A program made the position numbers and the translations under genes. A stretch of 36,437 nt of DNA, taken from Candidatus Magasanikbacteria bacterium CG_4_10_14_0_2_um_filter_41_10. GTDB lineage: Bacteria > Patescibacteriota > Patescibacteriia > Magasanikbacterales > UBA922. Location of the stretch: positions 1 to 36,437 of the forward strand of contig PFPJ01000064.1 in NCBI GenBank assembly GCA_002792995.1. Reading direction: 5' to 3'. Position 1 is the stretch's first letter. Each line of letters begins with the position of its first letter. A model generated the notes under the pieces. It worked only from the letters and a program-made list of their open reading frames with translations. It did no database searches and had not been told where the DNA came from. Positions 19,808-28,430 of the stretch are shown piece by piece.

Positions 19808-19841
19808 TTTTGAAGTTTGAAATCTGAATGCTACATTCTGC
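19806..19841. repeat. Right arm of the terminal inverted repeat (one 7-nt bulge)
   Basis: AATTTTGAAGTTTGAAATCTG (19806-19826), bulge AATGCTA, then CATTCTGC (19834-19841). Begins inside the stop codon of the enclosed gene. Confidence 0.9.
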
Positions 19842-19847
19842 AATATA

Positions 19848-21239
19848 TTATTGTCCCATCCCTCGCATCACTACATTAATTGTTTTCAAAAGAATAGATA
19901 GGTCGAGTAATATCGATCTGTTTTTTATATAATAGAGGTCGTATTGAAGTTTTTGGAGAGACTGTTCAATAGTATCTGTGTAATGTTGGTTTACTTGTGC
20001 CCAGCCCGTAATGCCTGGTTTTACCAAATGGCGAACTGCGTAGTAAGGCATCTTACTTTCAAGTTCTGATACTATCTCAGGTCGTTCGGGTCGTGGTCCT
20101 ATGATACTAATATCTCCTCGTAACAGATTGACCGCTTGAGGTAACTCATCAATACGAGATTTTCTCAAAAATCTTCCTACATGAGTGACACGCACATCAT
20201 TTTTTGTGGCAAATTGGACACCTTGTGTTTCAGCACTTCCATCAGATGCGAGTGCATACATGGAACGAAATTTGTACAAAAAGAACGTTGTTCCTGACAT
20301 TCCCACGCGTTCTTGTCTGAACAATACAGATCCTTTGGATTCTATACGTATTGCGAGGGCAATGGCTGGATATAGGATGACAAAAGTGAGTAAGAGAAAA
20401 AATCCTATACACACATCTAATATGCGTCTGAGACGACCATACACCGGATGGATGTTTTGTTGAAGATGATCTAAGAACCAATGTTCTGAAAAAATATAGG
20501 GAGGGATACGTCCCGTAATTGATTCATAGAGTGACGCCAGGCTGACTATCCGAGTTTGCCAAAAAAGTAATTCATACAGTTCCTGAATGATGGTGTCGTC
20601 ATGTTGTATATGTTGGGCAACCACGACGGTCTCTATGTTGTGAACAGACACTGAGGGACGAATAGCTTTTGTAGAATCATAAAAGGTGGTACGAGAATAT
20701 ATTTTTTTGTCTATATCCTTTGGTGCACCTATCCACGCGGCAAGAATATATCCACGTTCAGGCATACTATAAATCAGATCAGCAAGTTCATTCATTTCTT
20801 TCATATCCCCGATAAACAGAATGGGGGAGAGAAGTGCTTTGGTTGCGACAAGTGAAGAAAATAGTGTTCGCCATATTGCAAGCATCCCATATCCTGAAAG
20901 AATGCTCAGTACCAAAATAGTTTTAGGAGTAATTATTTTTTGGGGTAAAATATAGAAAAAGATAACCCCGACTATTAAGTTGACGACGCTTGCTTGTAAT
21001 ATGCGAGAATAGAGCATTGCCTTTTGTCGATGTCTTCCAAGTTCATACAGACCATTTATATAATTTATCAATATCCAAATACCAATAAGTACTCCAAACC
21101 ATATCAGACCTGTTTCCAATTCCGTAGAGCTTGGGAATGATAGACTTCGCAATGTAAACCCTGCCAGCACACCAAAAAAAAGTGATGCCACATCGCCCAA
21201 AAGGAGAATAAGTTGTTTTGTTCTATACGTACTATTCAT
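19848..21239 (-). CDS. Polyprenyl-phosphate hexose-1-phosphate transferase (WbaP-type initiating phosphoglycosyl transferase)
   Basis: N-terminal TM bundle, central domain, C-terminal bacterial sugar transferase domain with IGPRPERPEIV and VKPGITGWAQV. Start taken at ATG 21239 (MNSTYRTKQ..) just before TM1. Confidence 0.85.
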   Translation of the reverse strand: MNSTYRTKQLILLLGDVASLFFGVLAGFTLRSLSFPSSTELETGLIWFGVLIGIWILINYINGLYELGRHRQKAMLYSRILQASVVNLIVGVIFFYILPQKIITPKTILVLSILSGYGMLAIWRTLFSSLVATKALLSPILFIGDMKEMNELADLIYSMPERGYILAAWIGAPKDIDKKIYSRTTFYDSTKAIRPSVSVHNIETVVVAQHIQHDDTIIQELYELLFWQTRIVSLASLYESITGRIPPYIFSEHWFLDHLQQNIHPVYGRLRRILDVCIGFFLLLTFVILYPAIALAIRIESKGSVLFRQERVGMSGTTFFLYKFRSMYALASDGSAETQGVQFATKNDVRVTHVGRFLRKSRIDELPQAVNLLRGDISIIGPRPERPEIVSELESKMPYYAVRHLVKPGITGWAQVNQHYTDTIEQSLQKLQYDLYYIKNRSILLDLSILLKTINVVMRGMGQ

Positions 21240-21255
21240 AGTATGAAATATGTCA

Positions 21256-21284
21256 TTGCTCCTAAAAAGCAAATGTAGTATACT
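21256..21284 (+). promoter_or_regulatory. Possible promoter in the divergent intergenic region (TTGCTC-17-TATACT)
   Basis: TTGCTC 21256-21261, 17-nt spacer, TATACT 21279-21284, 25 nt before ATG 21310. AGTATACT is palindromic, so the -10 could serve both strands. Confidence 0.4.
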
Positions 21285-21309
21285 GTACACACGACTAAAG
21301 TATAGCTTT

Positions 21310-22818
21310 ATGAAGCGAAAAAATCAAGTATTGTGGGTTGCCATCGTTGTATGTATGCTTTTCGTAGGAACGAGAACTTCTGCGGCAACAAAGGAGATTT
21401 TGATTAATAGAGACTCCTCTCAGACGACTGGTCGAGATGTTATACTTTTTTTGGAAGCTCCAACAGGGGCGACTGAAATGAGAATTTCAAATGATGTCAC
21501 TTTTTCTGATACCAGTTGGAGACCCTACCAGCGGACAAAGTCTTGGAAGTTGACTGTAGGAAGAGGGCAAAAAATTGTATATGCTCAATACAAGTGGTCA
21601 AATGGAATAACCTCAAATATTTTCAACGATACTATTCAGTTGGAAGTACCAATGGGTATTGATGGAAAAGTAGAAATTAACAAGAACGTTGAAACCACCA
21701 AGTCACGCCAAGTGACTCTGACTATTGAGCATAGTGATTGGATCGAAGAAATGTTCATTAGTAATACCAGTGATTTTAATCAGTTTGATGCTCGTCTTCC
21801 TGCAACGCAGGTTCCGTGGACCCTTACGGAAGGTTCCGGAGAAAAAACCGTATATGTACAGCTCAAAAATGCCAACGGAGATTTTGAAACCTATCATGAT
21901 ACAATCACATACAAAGAGCCTGTAGGGCAAATTCCCGGTGGAACAGTGCTTCAATCAGACACGTCACAATTGTACTATCTTGGATTTGACGGACAAATTC
22001 ATCCCTTTCTTCATTCATCCGTGTTTCACTCATGGTTTGATAGTATTGCTAAGGCAAAGATTCGTGTTGTGAGTAGTTTGACCCTTCGACAGTATCAAGT
22101 GGGGAAGCCAGTGTGTATTCGTGGCGGTACATGGCTTGTCCGATTTCAAAATTTTTCGCAGCTCTATGCTGTTGAGCCTGGATGTCGATTATTTCCACTC
22201 CGTTCCGAAGTTGAAGCTCGTATTGTGTATGGGGCAGATTGGAAAAAACGTCTCGTTGTCCTAAGTGAATTTGAAAGTGTTTCATATTCAACAGTGAATC
22301 GAGGAGTCCAAGATGAGGCACATGATATTATTGATAGAGATAATGACGGGTTGGATAAAGCAACCGAAGATTTGTATGGAAGTAGTGATAGACTTCCTGA
22401 TAGTGATGGTGACGGGTTGAGTGATCTTGAAGAAGTCGCTGTTTGGTTTACAAGTCCGATAGATAATGACACAGACAATGATGGAGTCGGCGATATGAAG
22501 CAAGTTCTCGATGAGTATCTTACAGATTCAATCATGTCTTTGTCAGAAGATGTGTATGGATATCCTGGTGGTCTTATCATCAAATCATCCGCTGATGGAA
22601 AGTATTATATGAATTTTATTGATGGGTATACCTACTTTTTATCTAGAAAAACTACGGATGCTGTGTTTACTTCAAATCAATTAGATACCACATTTGTCAT
22701 GTCGTCATCTCCTTTCTTATCTCTTACTGTTCGATCTGGGTGGCATGTCAGGGCTGCTTCAGATGTCTTGCTTCATCCGTCACTCATAACAAACCAAGGA
22801 AATTTATATGCGCTTTAG
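21310..22818 (+). CDS. Secreted surface repeat protein with calcium-binding (thrombospondin type 3-like) Asp repeats
   Basis: Signal-peptide-like MKRKNQVLWVAIVVCMLFVGTRTSAA. Two tandem ~85-aa repeats (DNA 21388-21648 and 21661-21918) share I.IN..TT..V.L..E....EM.ISN..F....W.LT.G.G.K.VY.Q.K..G....DTI. Asp repeats DRDNDGLD..DSDGDGLSD..DNDTDNDGVGD lie at 22333-22494. Confidence 0.75.
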   Translation: MKRKNQVLWVAIVVCMLFVGTRTSAATKEILINRDSSQTTGRDVILFLEAPTGATEMRISNDVTFSDTSWRPYQRTKSWKLTVGRGQKIVYAQYKWSNGITSNIFNDTIQLEVPMGIDGKVEINKNVETTKSRQVTLTIEHSDWIEEMFISNTSDFNQFDARLPATQVPWTLTEGSGEKTVYVQLKNANGDFETYHDTITYKEPVGQIPGGTVLQSDTSQLYYLGFDGQIHPFLHSSVFHSWFDSIAKAKIRVVSSLTLRQYQVGKPVCIRGGTWLVRFQNFSQLYAVEPGCRLFPLRSEVEARIVYGADWKKRLVVLSEFESVSYSTVNRGVQDEAHDIIDRDNDGLDKATEDLYGSSDRLPDSDGDGLSDLEEVAVWFTSPIDNDTDNDGVGDMKQVLDEYLTDSIMSLSEDVYGYPGGLIIKSSADGKYYMNFIDGYTYFLSRKTTDAVFTSNQLDTTFVMSSSPFLSLTVRSGWHVRAASDVLLHPSLITNQGNLYAL

Positions 22819-24793
22819 CCTACACATTTTGATATTACCCATAGTTGTTGTTTCACTGGCATTCATTCCAGTGAGGGCAAAAGCTGTCAATGATCTGCTT
22901 GCGAAGCAATGGGCATATAATGATACCGGTGTATATACGGCATGGACTGAAACGCAGGGTTCACGTGATGTTATCGTGGCTGTGATAGATAATGGATTTG
23001 ACATGCTTCACCCAGATATTCAAGCGAATGCCTGGAAAAATACTGATGAAATAGCAGACAATGGAATTGACGATGATCACAATGGATATATTGATGATGT
23101 GTGGGGATGGAGTTTTATTCCTGAAGATCTAAATAAAGATGGATTTCTTGATGCGCAAGAATTGCTAGGAACCAATAACCCTCGTCCTCGCCCAGAGGGG
23201 CTGACCGCTGCGGAAAAACAAGAAGGGATTATTCATCATGGCACGGTTGTTGCAGGTCTTATTGGAGCGGTTGGAAATAATGGAAAGGGGATCTCTGGTG
23301 TGGCACAGCAGGTACGACTTATGAATATTCGAGTCGTTGATGAGTCAGGATCTGGAACATTTATCATGCTTGACGAAGCTATCCGTTATGCTGTTGATAA
23401 TGGCGCTGATGTTATCAACATGAGTTTGGTAGGGCCCACGAGTGAGGATCTCCGTAGTGCTATTGAATATGCGTATGAAAAAGGTGTTGTAATCGTGGCT
23501 GCTGCGGGAAATAGTAGACAGGATCTCAATCAATCACCACTCTATCCGCTCTGTGAAGATGCTGGGTTATCTGAACAGCATATATTGGGTGTAAGCTCTA
23601 TTAATGAAGCACATCAGATTAGTCCTTTTTCAAATTATGGATCATCCTGCATTGATATTACTGCTCCAGGGGATGGCGTAACATCAACTGTGAGATTTTC
23701 TCCCACCAATGGATTGCACGACCAATATATCGGTGGGTGGCATGGTACATCATTTGCAGCCCCTCTTGTAAGTGGTACTGCGGCATTGATAAAAGTTATT
23801 GAACCATCCTGGGGACCAAAAGAAATCTATACTGCGATTTTATCAACGGTACAGCATACCTCTGGTCAAGATGAATCAGTCTATGAAGAATTGTTTGGAA
23901 AAGGTCTCCTTCAAGTAGACAAAGCGGTTGCCTATGCACGTGAACGTGTTACTTCCAAAAAAGGATTTCAAGATGTGTTGGTTGTTTCACCATTGAAAGG
24001 GATGTCAGAAGATTCAAAACAATTTCTTTCTTCCTTTGACTATACGGATATCTTGACGGGAGTGGATGATATCGCTTCATACATGGTGGATGGACATCTA
24101 CAGTATGTGACTGCAGTGAAGAAAAATAATACTGAGCGCACTATTACAACATATTCTGACACGTGGAAACCTGTTACATCTTTTTCAATTTCAGCAAGAG
24201 GGCCTGTACATCTCGCTGTCTATGATCATGATCTCTTTGTAGCACCCGCATATGCAGATACCGTCTTGTTTCAACGATATTCATTGGATGGGTTATTGTT
24301 ATCTGAGTTTCATATAAAAACCAAACATCAGGGTGTTGCTTTGACTATTTCAGAAGGAGGAACACTGTATACCTATGCAGCAGAGCCTGGATTGGTCGTG
24401 AACACATTTGAAGTGCCATATGATCAAAGTAGTTCACAATTTTCTGTTTCAAGTATGATACATGTAGGAAGTATTATTTCTGCAGACATTGATGGTGATC
24501 AAAAAGAAGAAATAGTTGTCGGGGGTGCCATAGGAGAACGACCTATTATCAGTTATTATGAGAATGATGGTATACTCAAACGGACATATACCGTATATGG
24601 AGCATATACTGATGGCTTTTCTTTGAAAGCCGTCGATTATGATTCAGATGGAAAGGACGATATTCTGACCATTCCATATCATAATACAGAGGTCGTTCGA
24701 GTCTGGACAAACAAATCAAAAAAAATTGATGAGTGGCATACATTTTCTGGCTATCAAATTTTTGATCAACGAGCAACTGTGAGATTTTATTAA
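22808..24793 (+). CDS. Secreted subtilisin-like serine protease (peptidase S8) with C-terminal FG-GAP/VCBS-like repeat domain
   Basis: Signal peptide MRFSLHILILPIVVVSLAFIPVRAKA. Catalytic triad contexts VAVIDNGFD, HHGTVVAG, HGTSFAAPLVSG. DDDHNGYIDDVWGW Ca-site insert. C-terminal DIDGDQKEEIVVGG and DYDSDGKDDILT. 11-nt overlap with the upstream gene. Confidence 0.85.
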   Translation: MRFSLHILILPIVVVSLAFIPVRAKAVNDLLAKQWAYNDTGVYTAWTETQGSRDVIVAVIDNGFDMLHPDIQANAWKNTDEIADNGIDDDHNGYIDDVWGWSFIPEDLNKDGFLDAQELLGTNNPRPRPEGLTAAEKQEGIIHHGTVVAGLIGAVGNNGKGISGVAQQVRLMNIRVVDESGSGTFIMLDEAIRYAVDNGADVINMSLVGPTSEDLRSAIEYAYEKGVVIVAAAGNSRQDLNQSPLYPLCEDAGLSEQHILGVSSINEAHQISPFSNYGSSCIDITAPGDGVTSTVRFSPTNGLHDQYIGGWHGTSFAAPLVSGTAALIKVIEPSWGPKEIYTAILSTVQHTSGQDESVYEELFGKGLLQVDKAVAYARERVTSKKGFQDVLVVSPLKGMSEDSKQFLSSFDYTDILTGVDDIASYMVDGHLQYVTAVKKNNTERTITTYSDTWKPVTSFSISARGPVHLAVYDHDLFVAPAYADTVLFQRYSLDGLLLSEFHIKTKHQGVALTISEGGTLYTYAAEPGLVVNTFEVPYDQSSSQFSVSSMIHVGSIISADIDGDQKEEIVVGGAIGERPIISYYENDGILKRTYTVYGAYTDGFSLKAVDYDSDGKDDILTIPYHNTEVVRVWTNKSKKIDEWHTFSGYQIFDQRATVRFY

Positions 24794-24799
24794 TAGTGT

Positions 24800-25831
24800 A
24801 TGATGAATACTCATCCAATTTTTGAGAAAAAAAATGTGCTGGTAACAGGTGGCGCAGGATTTATTGGGGCACATTTGTGTGAACGATTGCTCAAAGAAGC
24901 AAAAGTGATTTGTGTTGATGATTTGTCAAACTCAACTATTCAGAATATTGATCATTTGCTTCAATATCCAGACTTTGAGTTTATTAAGTATGATACCAAC
25001 AATGCCATTGATTTGAGTGAGTTTCCTGAGCTTGATAAATTTGGTATTCGCTACCAAGGAATTCAAGAAATATATCATCTTGCTTGTCCGACAAGTCCAA
25101 AGAATTTTAAAGACCTCAAGCTTCATTCCCTCCATGCCAATTCTCGTGCAATGCTGTCTACATTAGATTTGGCTGTAAAATATAGAGCAAAGTATCTTTT
25201 TTCATCCAGTTCAGTGGTGTATGGAGCGCCAACAGAAGAAGAAACATTTTTTCATGAAGAAGATGAAGGTATTGTCAATCATCTGTCCCCACGTGCGTGC
25301 TATGACGAAGGAAAAAGATTCGCAGAAACGTGTGTAGAAACATATCGCCAAGTACATGGTATTGATACAAAAATTGCACGAGTATTTACTACCTATGGTC
25401 CACGAATGAAACTTCGAGATGGACTTCTTATTCCTGATTTTATTCTCGATGCACTCGCGGGTAGAGATTTGGTCGTGTATGGAGATGAGAGTTTGATTCA
25501 ATCATTGTGTTATATTACTGATATGGTTGATGGTCTTGTGCGACTTATGCACGCCGGACCTGAGGTTTCTATTGTGAATCTTGGAGTGGATGAAACACTA
25601 AAGATGGTCGATGTTGCAAATAAAATTATTGAGATGACAGGATCTACCTCTCATGTAAAATTTGAAAAACCACTTGAATTTCTTACAAAAAAAGGGTTTC
25701 CTGATCTCACACGAGCCAAAGAATCTCTTGGGTGGATATCTCTTGTTCGTTTAGAGGAGGGACTGAGAAAAACAATAGATTATACAATAGCAAATAAGGA
25801 AATGCTTGATTCGTCCCACCAGCAGATGTAA
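24800..25831 (+). CDS. uxs: UDP-glucuronate decarboxylase (UDP-xylose synthase)
   Basis: VLVTGGAGFIGAHLCERL, YHLACPTSP, SSSVVYG, YDEGKRFAE (YxxxK), typical UXS blocks. Confidence 0.8.
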   Translation: MMNTHPIFEKKNVLVTGGAGFIGAHLCERLLKEAKVICVDDLSNSTIQNIDHLLQYPDFEFIKYDTNNAIDLSEFPELDKFGIRYQGIQEIYHLACPTSPKNFKDLKLHSLHANSRAMLSTLDLAVKYRAKYLFSSSSVVYGAPTEEETFFHEEDEGIVNHLSPRACYDEGKRFAETCVETYRQVHGIDTKIARVFTTYGPRMKLRDGLLIPDFILDALAGRDLVVYGDESLIQSLCYITDMVDGLVRLMHAGPEVSIVNLGVDETLKMVDVANKIIEMTGSTSHVKFEKPLEFLTKKGFPDLTRAKESLGWISLVRLEEGLRKTIDYTIANKEMLDSSHQQM

Positions 25832-25843
25832 GGTATTGATGCT

Positions 25844-26509
25844 ATGTTTATTGCGATTGTGCCAGCATACAATGAAGCATCGACAGTCGGTGCTGTGGTA
25901 AAAAGTCTTCTTCCTCATGTAGACCGTGTCCTTGTGGTAGATGATGGGTCAACAGATCAGACATCTTCTTTTGCAAAAGAAGCAGGTGCTTTCGTGATTC
26001 GCCATGGATTGAATAGGGGACAAGGAGCAGCGCTTGAAACTGGGCATGTCTACGCAAGACAGATCGGTGCAGAGTATGTCCTCCATTTTGATGCCGATGG
26101 ACAATTTTCTGTTGATGACATTGCGCCGTCTTTGTCTGCATTACAAGAAGCGAATGCCGATGTGTTGTTTGGTTCCCGATATAAGACACGCATGGCAAAA
26201 GCGCGTGTTCCTTGGACGAAACGATATATTCTTCGGCCTCTTGCCCAGATTGTTGATAGACTTTTTGGAGCGGTGAAGCTGAGTGATGCTCACAATGGGT
26301 TCCGTATGTTTACCAAAAAGGCGTTGGATACTATTTCTATTTCACATGATGGTATGGCACATGCCAGTGAAATTCCTGCCTTGGTAAAGAAACATGGATT
26401 GCTGTACATAGAAGTACCTGTGTCTGTGACATATCATGAATATGGTCAGCGAATGGTTAGCGGTATCGTTGTTGTCAAAGATTTATTACTTGGAAGATTT
26501 AGTCGTTAA
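25844..26509 (+). CDS. GT2 polyprenyl-phosphate glycosyltransferase-like enzyme
   Basis: IAIVPAYNEASTVGAVV, VVDDGSTDQT, FDADGQ (DxD); short (~220 aa) DPM1-like form. Confidence 0.75.
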   Translation: MFIAIVPAYNEASTVGAVVKSLLPHVDRVLVVDDGSTDQTSSFAKEAGAFVIRHGLNRGQGAALETGHVYARQIGAEYVLHFDADGQFSVDDIAPSLSALQEANADVLFGSRYKTRMAKARVPWTKRYILRPLAQIVDRLFGAVKLSDAHNGFRMFTKKALDTISISHDGMAHASEIPALVKKHGLLYIEVPVSVTYHEYGQRMVSGIVVVKDLLLGRFSR

Positions 26510-26519
26510 TATTTCGTAT

Positions 26520-26870
26520 ATGATTATATTTCAACTCCTTTTCTTTCTTTTTTCATTCTTCGCTATTGGTACGGTCATCAAACGAAGAAAAGATACCCTC
26601 CTTTCAAATAATGGGACATTATTTTGGATGTTGTTTTGGATACTCGCAGATGTTGTCGTTTTTATGCCAAACAGTACCACTGTGTTTGCTAATGCCTTAG
26701 GTATAGGAAGAGGAGCCGATGTAATTATTTATATTGCACTTGCTATCATTTTTTTTGTGCTGTTTCGTTTGCACGTGAAATTGCATATGATCGAACAACA
26801 TATCACACGCATTGTTCGCGATGATGCTATCGGGACGATGCAAGATACAGAATCGCAGACAAAGAAGTAA
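26520..26870 (+). CDS. Small multi-pass membrane protein (DUF2304-like)
   Basis: Start at ATG 26520; the 26436 extension overlaps the GT2 gene. Three to four hydrophobic helices (IFQLLFFLFSFFAIGTV, LFWMLFWILADVVVF, IIYIALAIIFFVLF). The GT2 + small membrane protein adjacency is a recurrent pairing. Confidence 0.55.
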   Translation: MIIFQLLFFLFSFFAIGTVIKRRKDTLLSNNGTLFWMLFWILADVVVFMPNSTTVFANALGIGRGADVIIYIALAIIFFVLFRLHVKLHMIEQHITRIVRDDAIGTMQDTESQTKK

Positions 26871-26883
26871 GCATTTTTGTATT

Positions 26884-28059
26884 ATGAAAATTGCTCATAT
26901 TGTTTGTTCGTACCCACCGTATTATGGTGGCATGGGCAATGTTGTGCTTCAAACGGTGCAAGAATTGGGAAAGCGTGGACATGAGGTAGAAGTGTTTACC
27001 CCTCTGTATCATACCCTGCCTTCAACACCACCAGAGGAATTGGAACCGGCAGGGAAACAACAAGTAGAGTATGCGCGCCGTGTCACTCCAAGTATCACCT
27101 ATGGGAATGCTGCACGTATCCCACAGGTGGCACATGAATTAGATTCGTTTGATGTAGTACATCTTCATTATCCATTTTATGGGACAGCAAATCTTGTCCG
27201 AAAATGGAAAGAACATAATCCTTATAAGCCACTGGTGATTACCTATCACATGGATTCTCGGTCACCAGGGTGGAAAGGATTATTTTTTACATACTATAAT
27301 GCATTTTGGATGCCAAAAATTTTGGGGAGTGCTGATTTATTGATTGGTAGTTCACTCGAGTATATAGAAAAAAGTGATGCATTCGATCTTTATACACAAC
27401 AGAAAGACAAATGGCGAGCGTTACCCTTTGGTGTCGATATAGAACGGTTTCAACCACGTGAGAAGCCAGCGGATTTATTTGAAACGGCAGGATACGATAT
27501 CACGATACCCACGCTCCTTTTTGTGGGGGGCATGGACAAAGCACATTATTTCAAAGGGATTGATGTCTTTCTCAAAGCACTCTTACGTCTAAAAAAGAAT
27601 GAATATACGGTACAGGCATTTTTGGTAGGAGATGGAGACCTCCGCGAGACGTATGAACTCACTGCAAAGGCATATGGGCTCAGTGATAGAGTCAAATTTT
27701 TGGGGTATGTAGAAGAAGAACTGTTGCCATATGCGTACAATGCAGCAGATTTAGTCATCTTACCTTCGACGACACGAGGAGAAGCCTTTGGTATGGTCCT
27801 TCTGGAAGCGTTTGCGAGCGGTGTCCCTGTCATTGCGAGTGATCTGCCGGGAGTTCGGTCGGTGGCTGATGAGGGGGGTGTCTTGTTCCCACCTGGAGAT
27901 GACGCGGCTCTTGCTGAAGCAATCATAGAATATTTTGCTGATGGGGTTGACAGAAAACAATTTTCTACAAGTGTCCGAAATCTTGCAATAGAAAAATATG
28001 CGTGGCCTCGGATTGTCGATGATCTGGAGGATTGGTATATGAACCTTGTGAATACATAG
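26884..28059 (+). CDS. GT4 family glycosyltransferase
   Basis: MKIAHIVCSYPPYYGGMGNV N-terminus; GEAFGMVLLEAFASGVPVIASDLPG (E-x7-E). Start moved from 26812 to ATG 26884. Confidence 0.85.
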   Translation: MKIAHIVCSYPPYYGGMGNVVLQTVQELGKRGHEVEVFTPLYHTLPSTPPEELEPAGKQQVEYARRVTPSITYGNAARIPQVAHELDSFDVVHLHYPFYGTANLVRKWKEHNPYKPLVITYHMDSRSPGWKGLFFTYYNAFWMPKILGSADLLIGSSLEYIEKSDAFDLYTQQKDKWRALPFGVDIERFQPREKPADLFETAGYDITIPTLLFVGGMDKAHYFKGIDVFLKALLRLKKNEYTVQAFLVGDGDLRETYELTAKAYGLSDRVKFLGYVEEELLPYAYNAADLVILPSTTRGEAFGMVLLEAFASGVPVIASDLPGVRSVADEGGVLFPPGDDAALAEAIIEYFADGVDRKQFSTSVRNLAIEKYAWPRIVDDLEDWYMNLVNT

Positions 28060-28076
28060 AGAATTTTGGTATACTT

Positions 28077-28085
28077 TTTTTATTA
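28077..28085 (+). promoter_or_regulatory. Extended -10 promoter element TGgTATACT ahead of the ytxH-like/pilT/PBP genes
   Basis: TG 28077-28078 and TATACT 28080-28085, 24 nt before ATG 28110. No good -35. Confidence 0.35.
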
Positions 28086-28109
28086 GTATAACGTATAACT
28101 TCAATATAT

Positions 28110-28427
28110 ATGGGAAAATTTAACAAAGGTGTTGTATTGGGTGGTGTGTTGGGTGCTGCATTGGTATGGCTCAATACTACGACAAAGGGAAAAGAGTATC
28201 GTAGTAAGCTCGTTGATCATGCCGCAGAAGTCTATGAACGTGTGAAGCAAGAAGTACAAGAAAGTGGAGCCATGGAAAAAATGAATAGAAATAAGTATGT
28301 TGCGTTGGTAAAAAAGACAGTTGATAAATATGCCATTGAAAATGATATGGCACAAAACGTCAAAAATATGCTTGTTCGTCTGTTGAGTAGTCAGTGGACA
28401 ACATTTAAAAAAGAAATCAAAAAATAG
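28110..28427 (+). CDS. YtxH-like small membrane-anchored protein
   Basis: N-terminal GVVLGGVLGAALVWL helix followed by KGKEYRSKL and a charged helical remainder, as in YtxH-domain proteins. Confidence 0.55.
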   Translation: MGKFNKGVVLGGVLGAALVWLNTTTKGKEYRSKLVDHAAEVYERVKQEVQESGAMEKMNRNKYVALVKKTVDKYAIENDMAQNVKNMLVRLLSSQWTTFKKEIKK

Positions 28428-28430
28428 TCT

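Noticed and set aside
26436-26519. Upstream extensions of ORF-track starts: 26436, 26812, 15881, 21250, 21290(-), 11440, 31938(-) and 29472
   Set aside because: The extensions overlap the preceding gene or the divergent promoter region and add non-homologous residues. Internal ATGs give N-termini that match the families and remove the overlaps.
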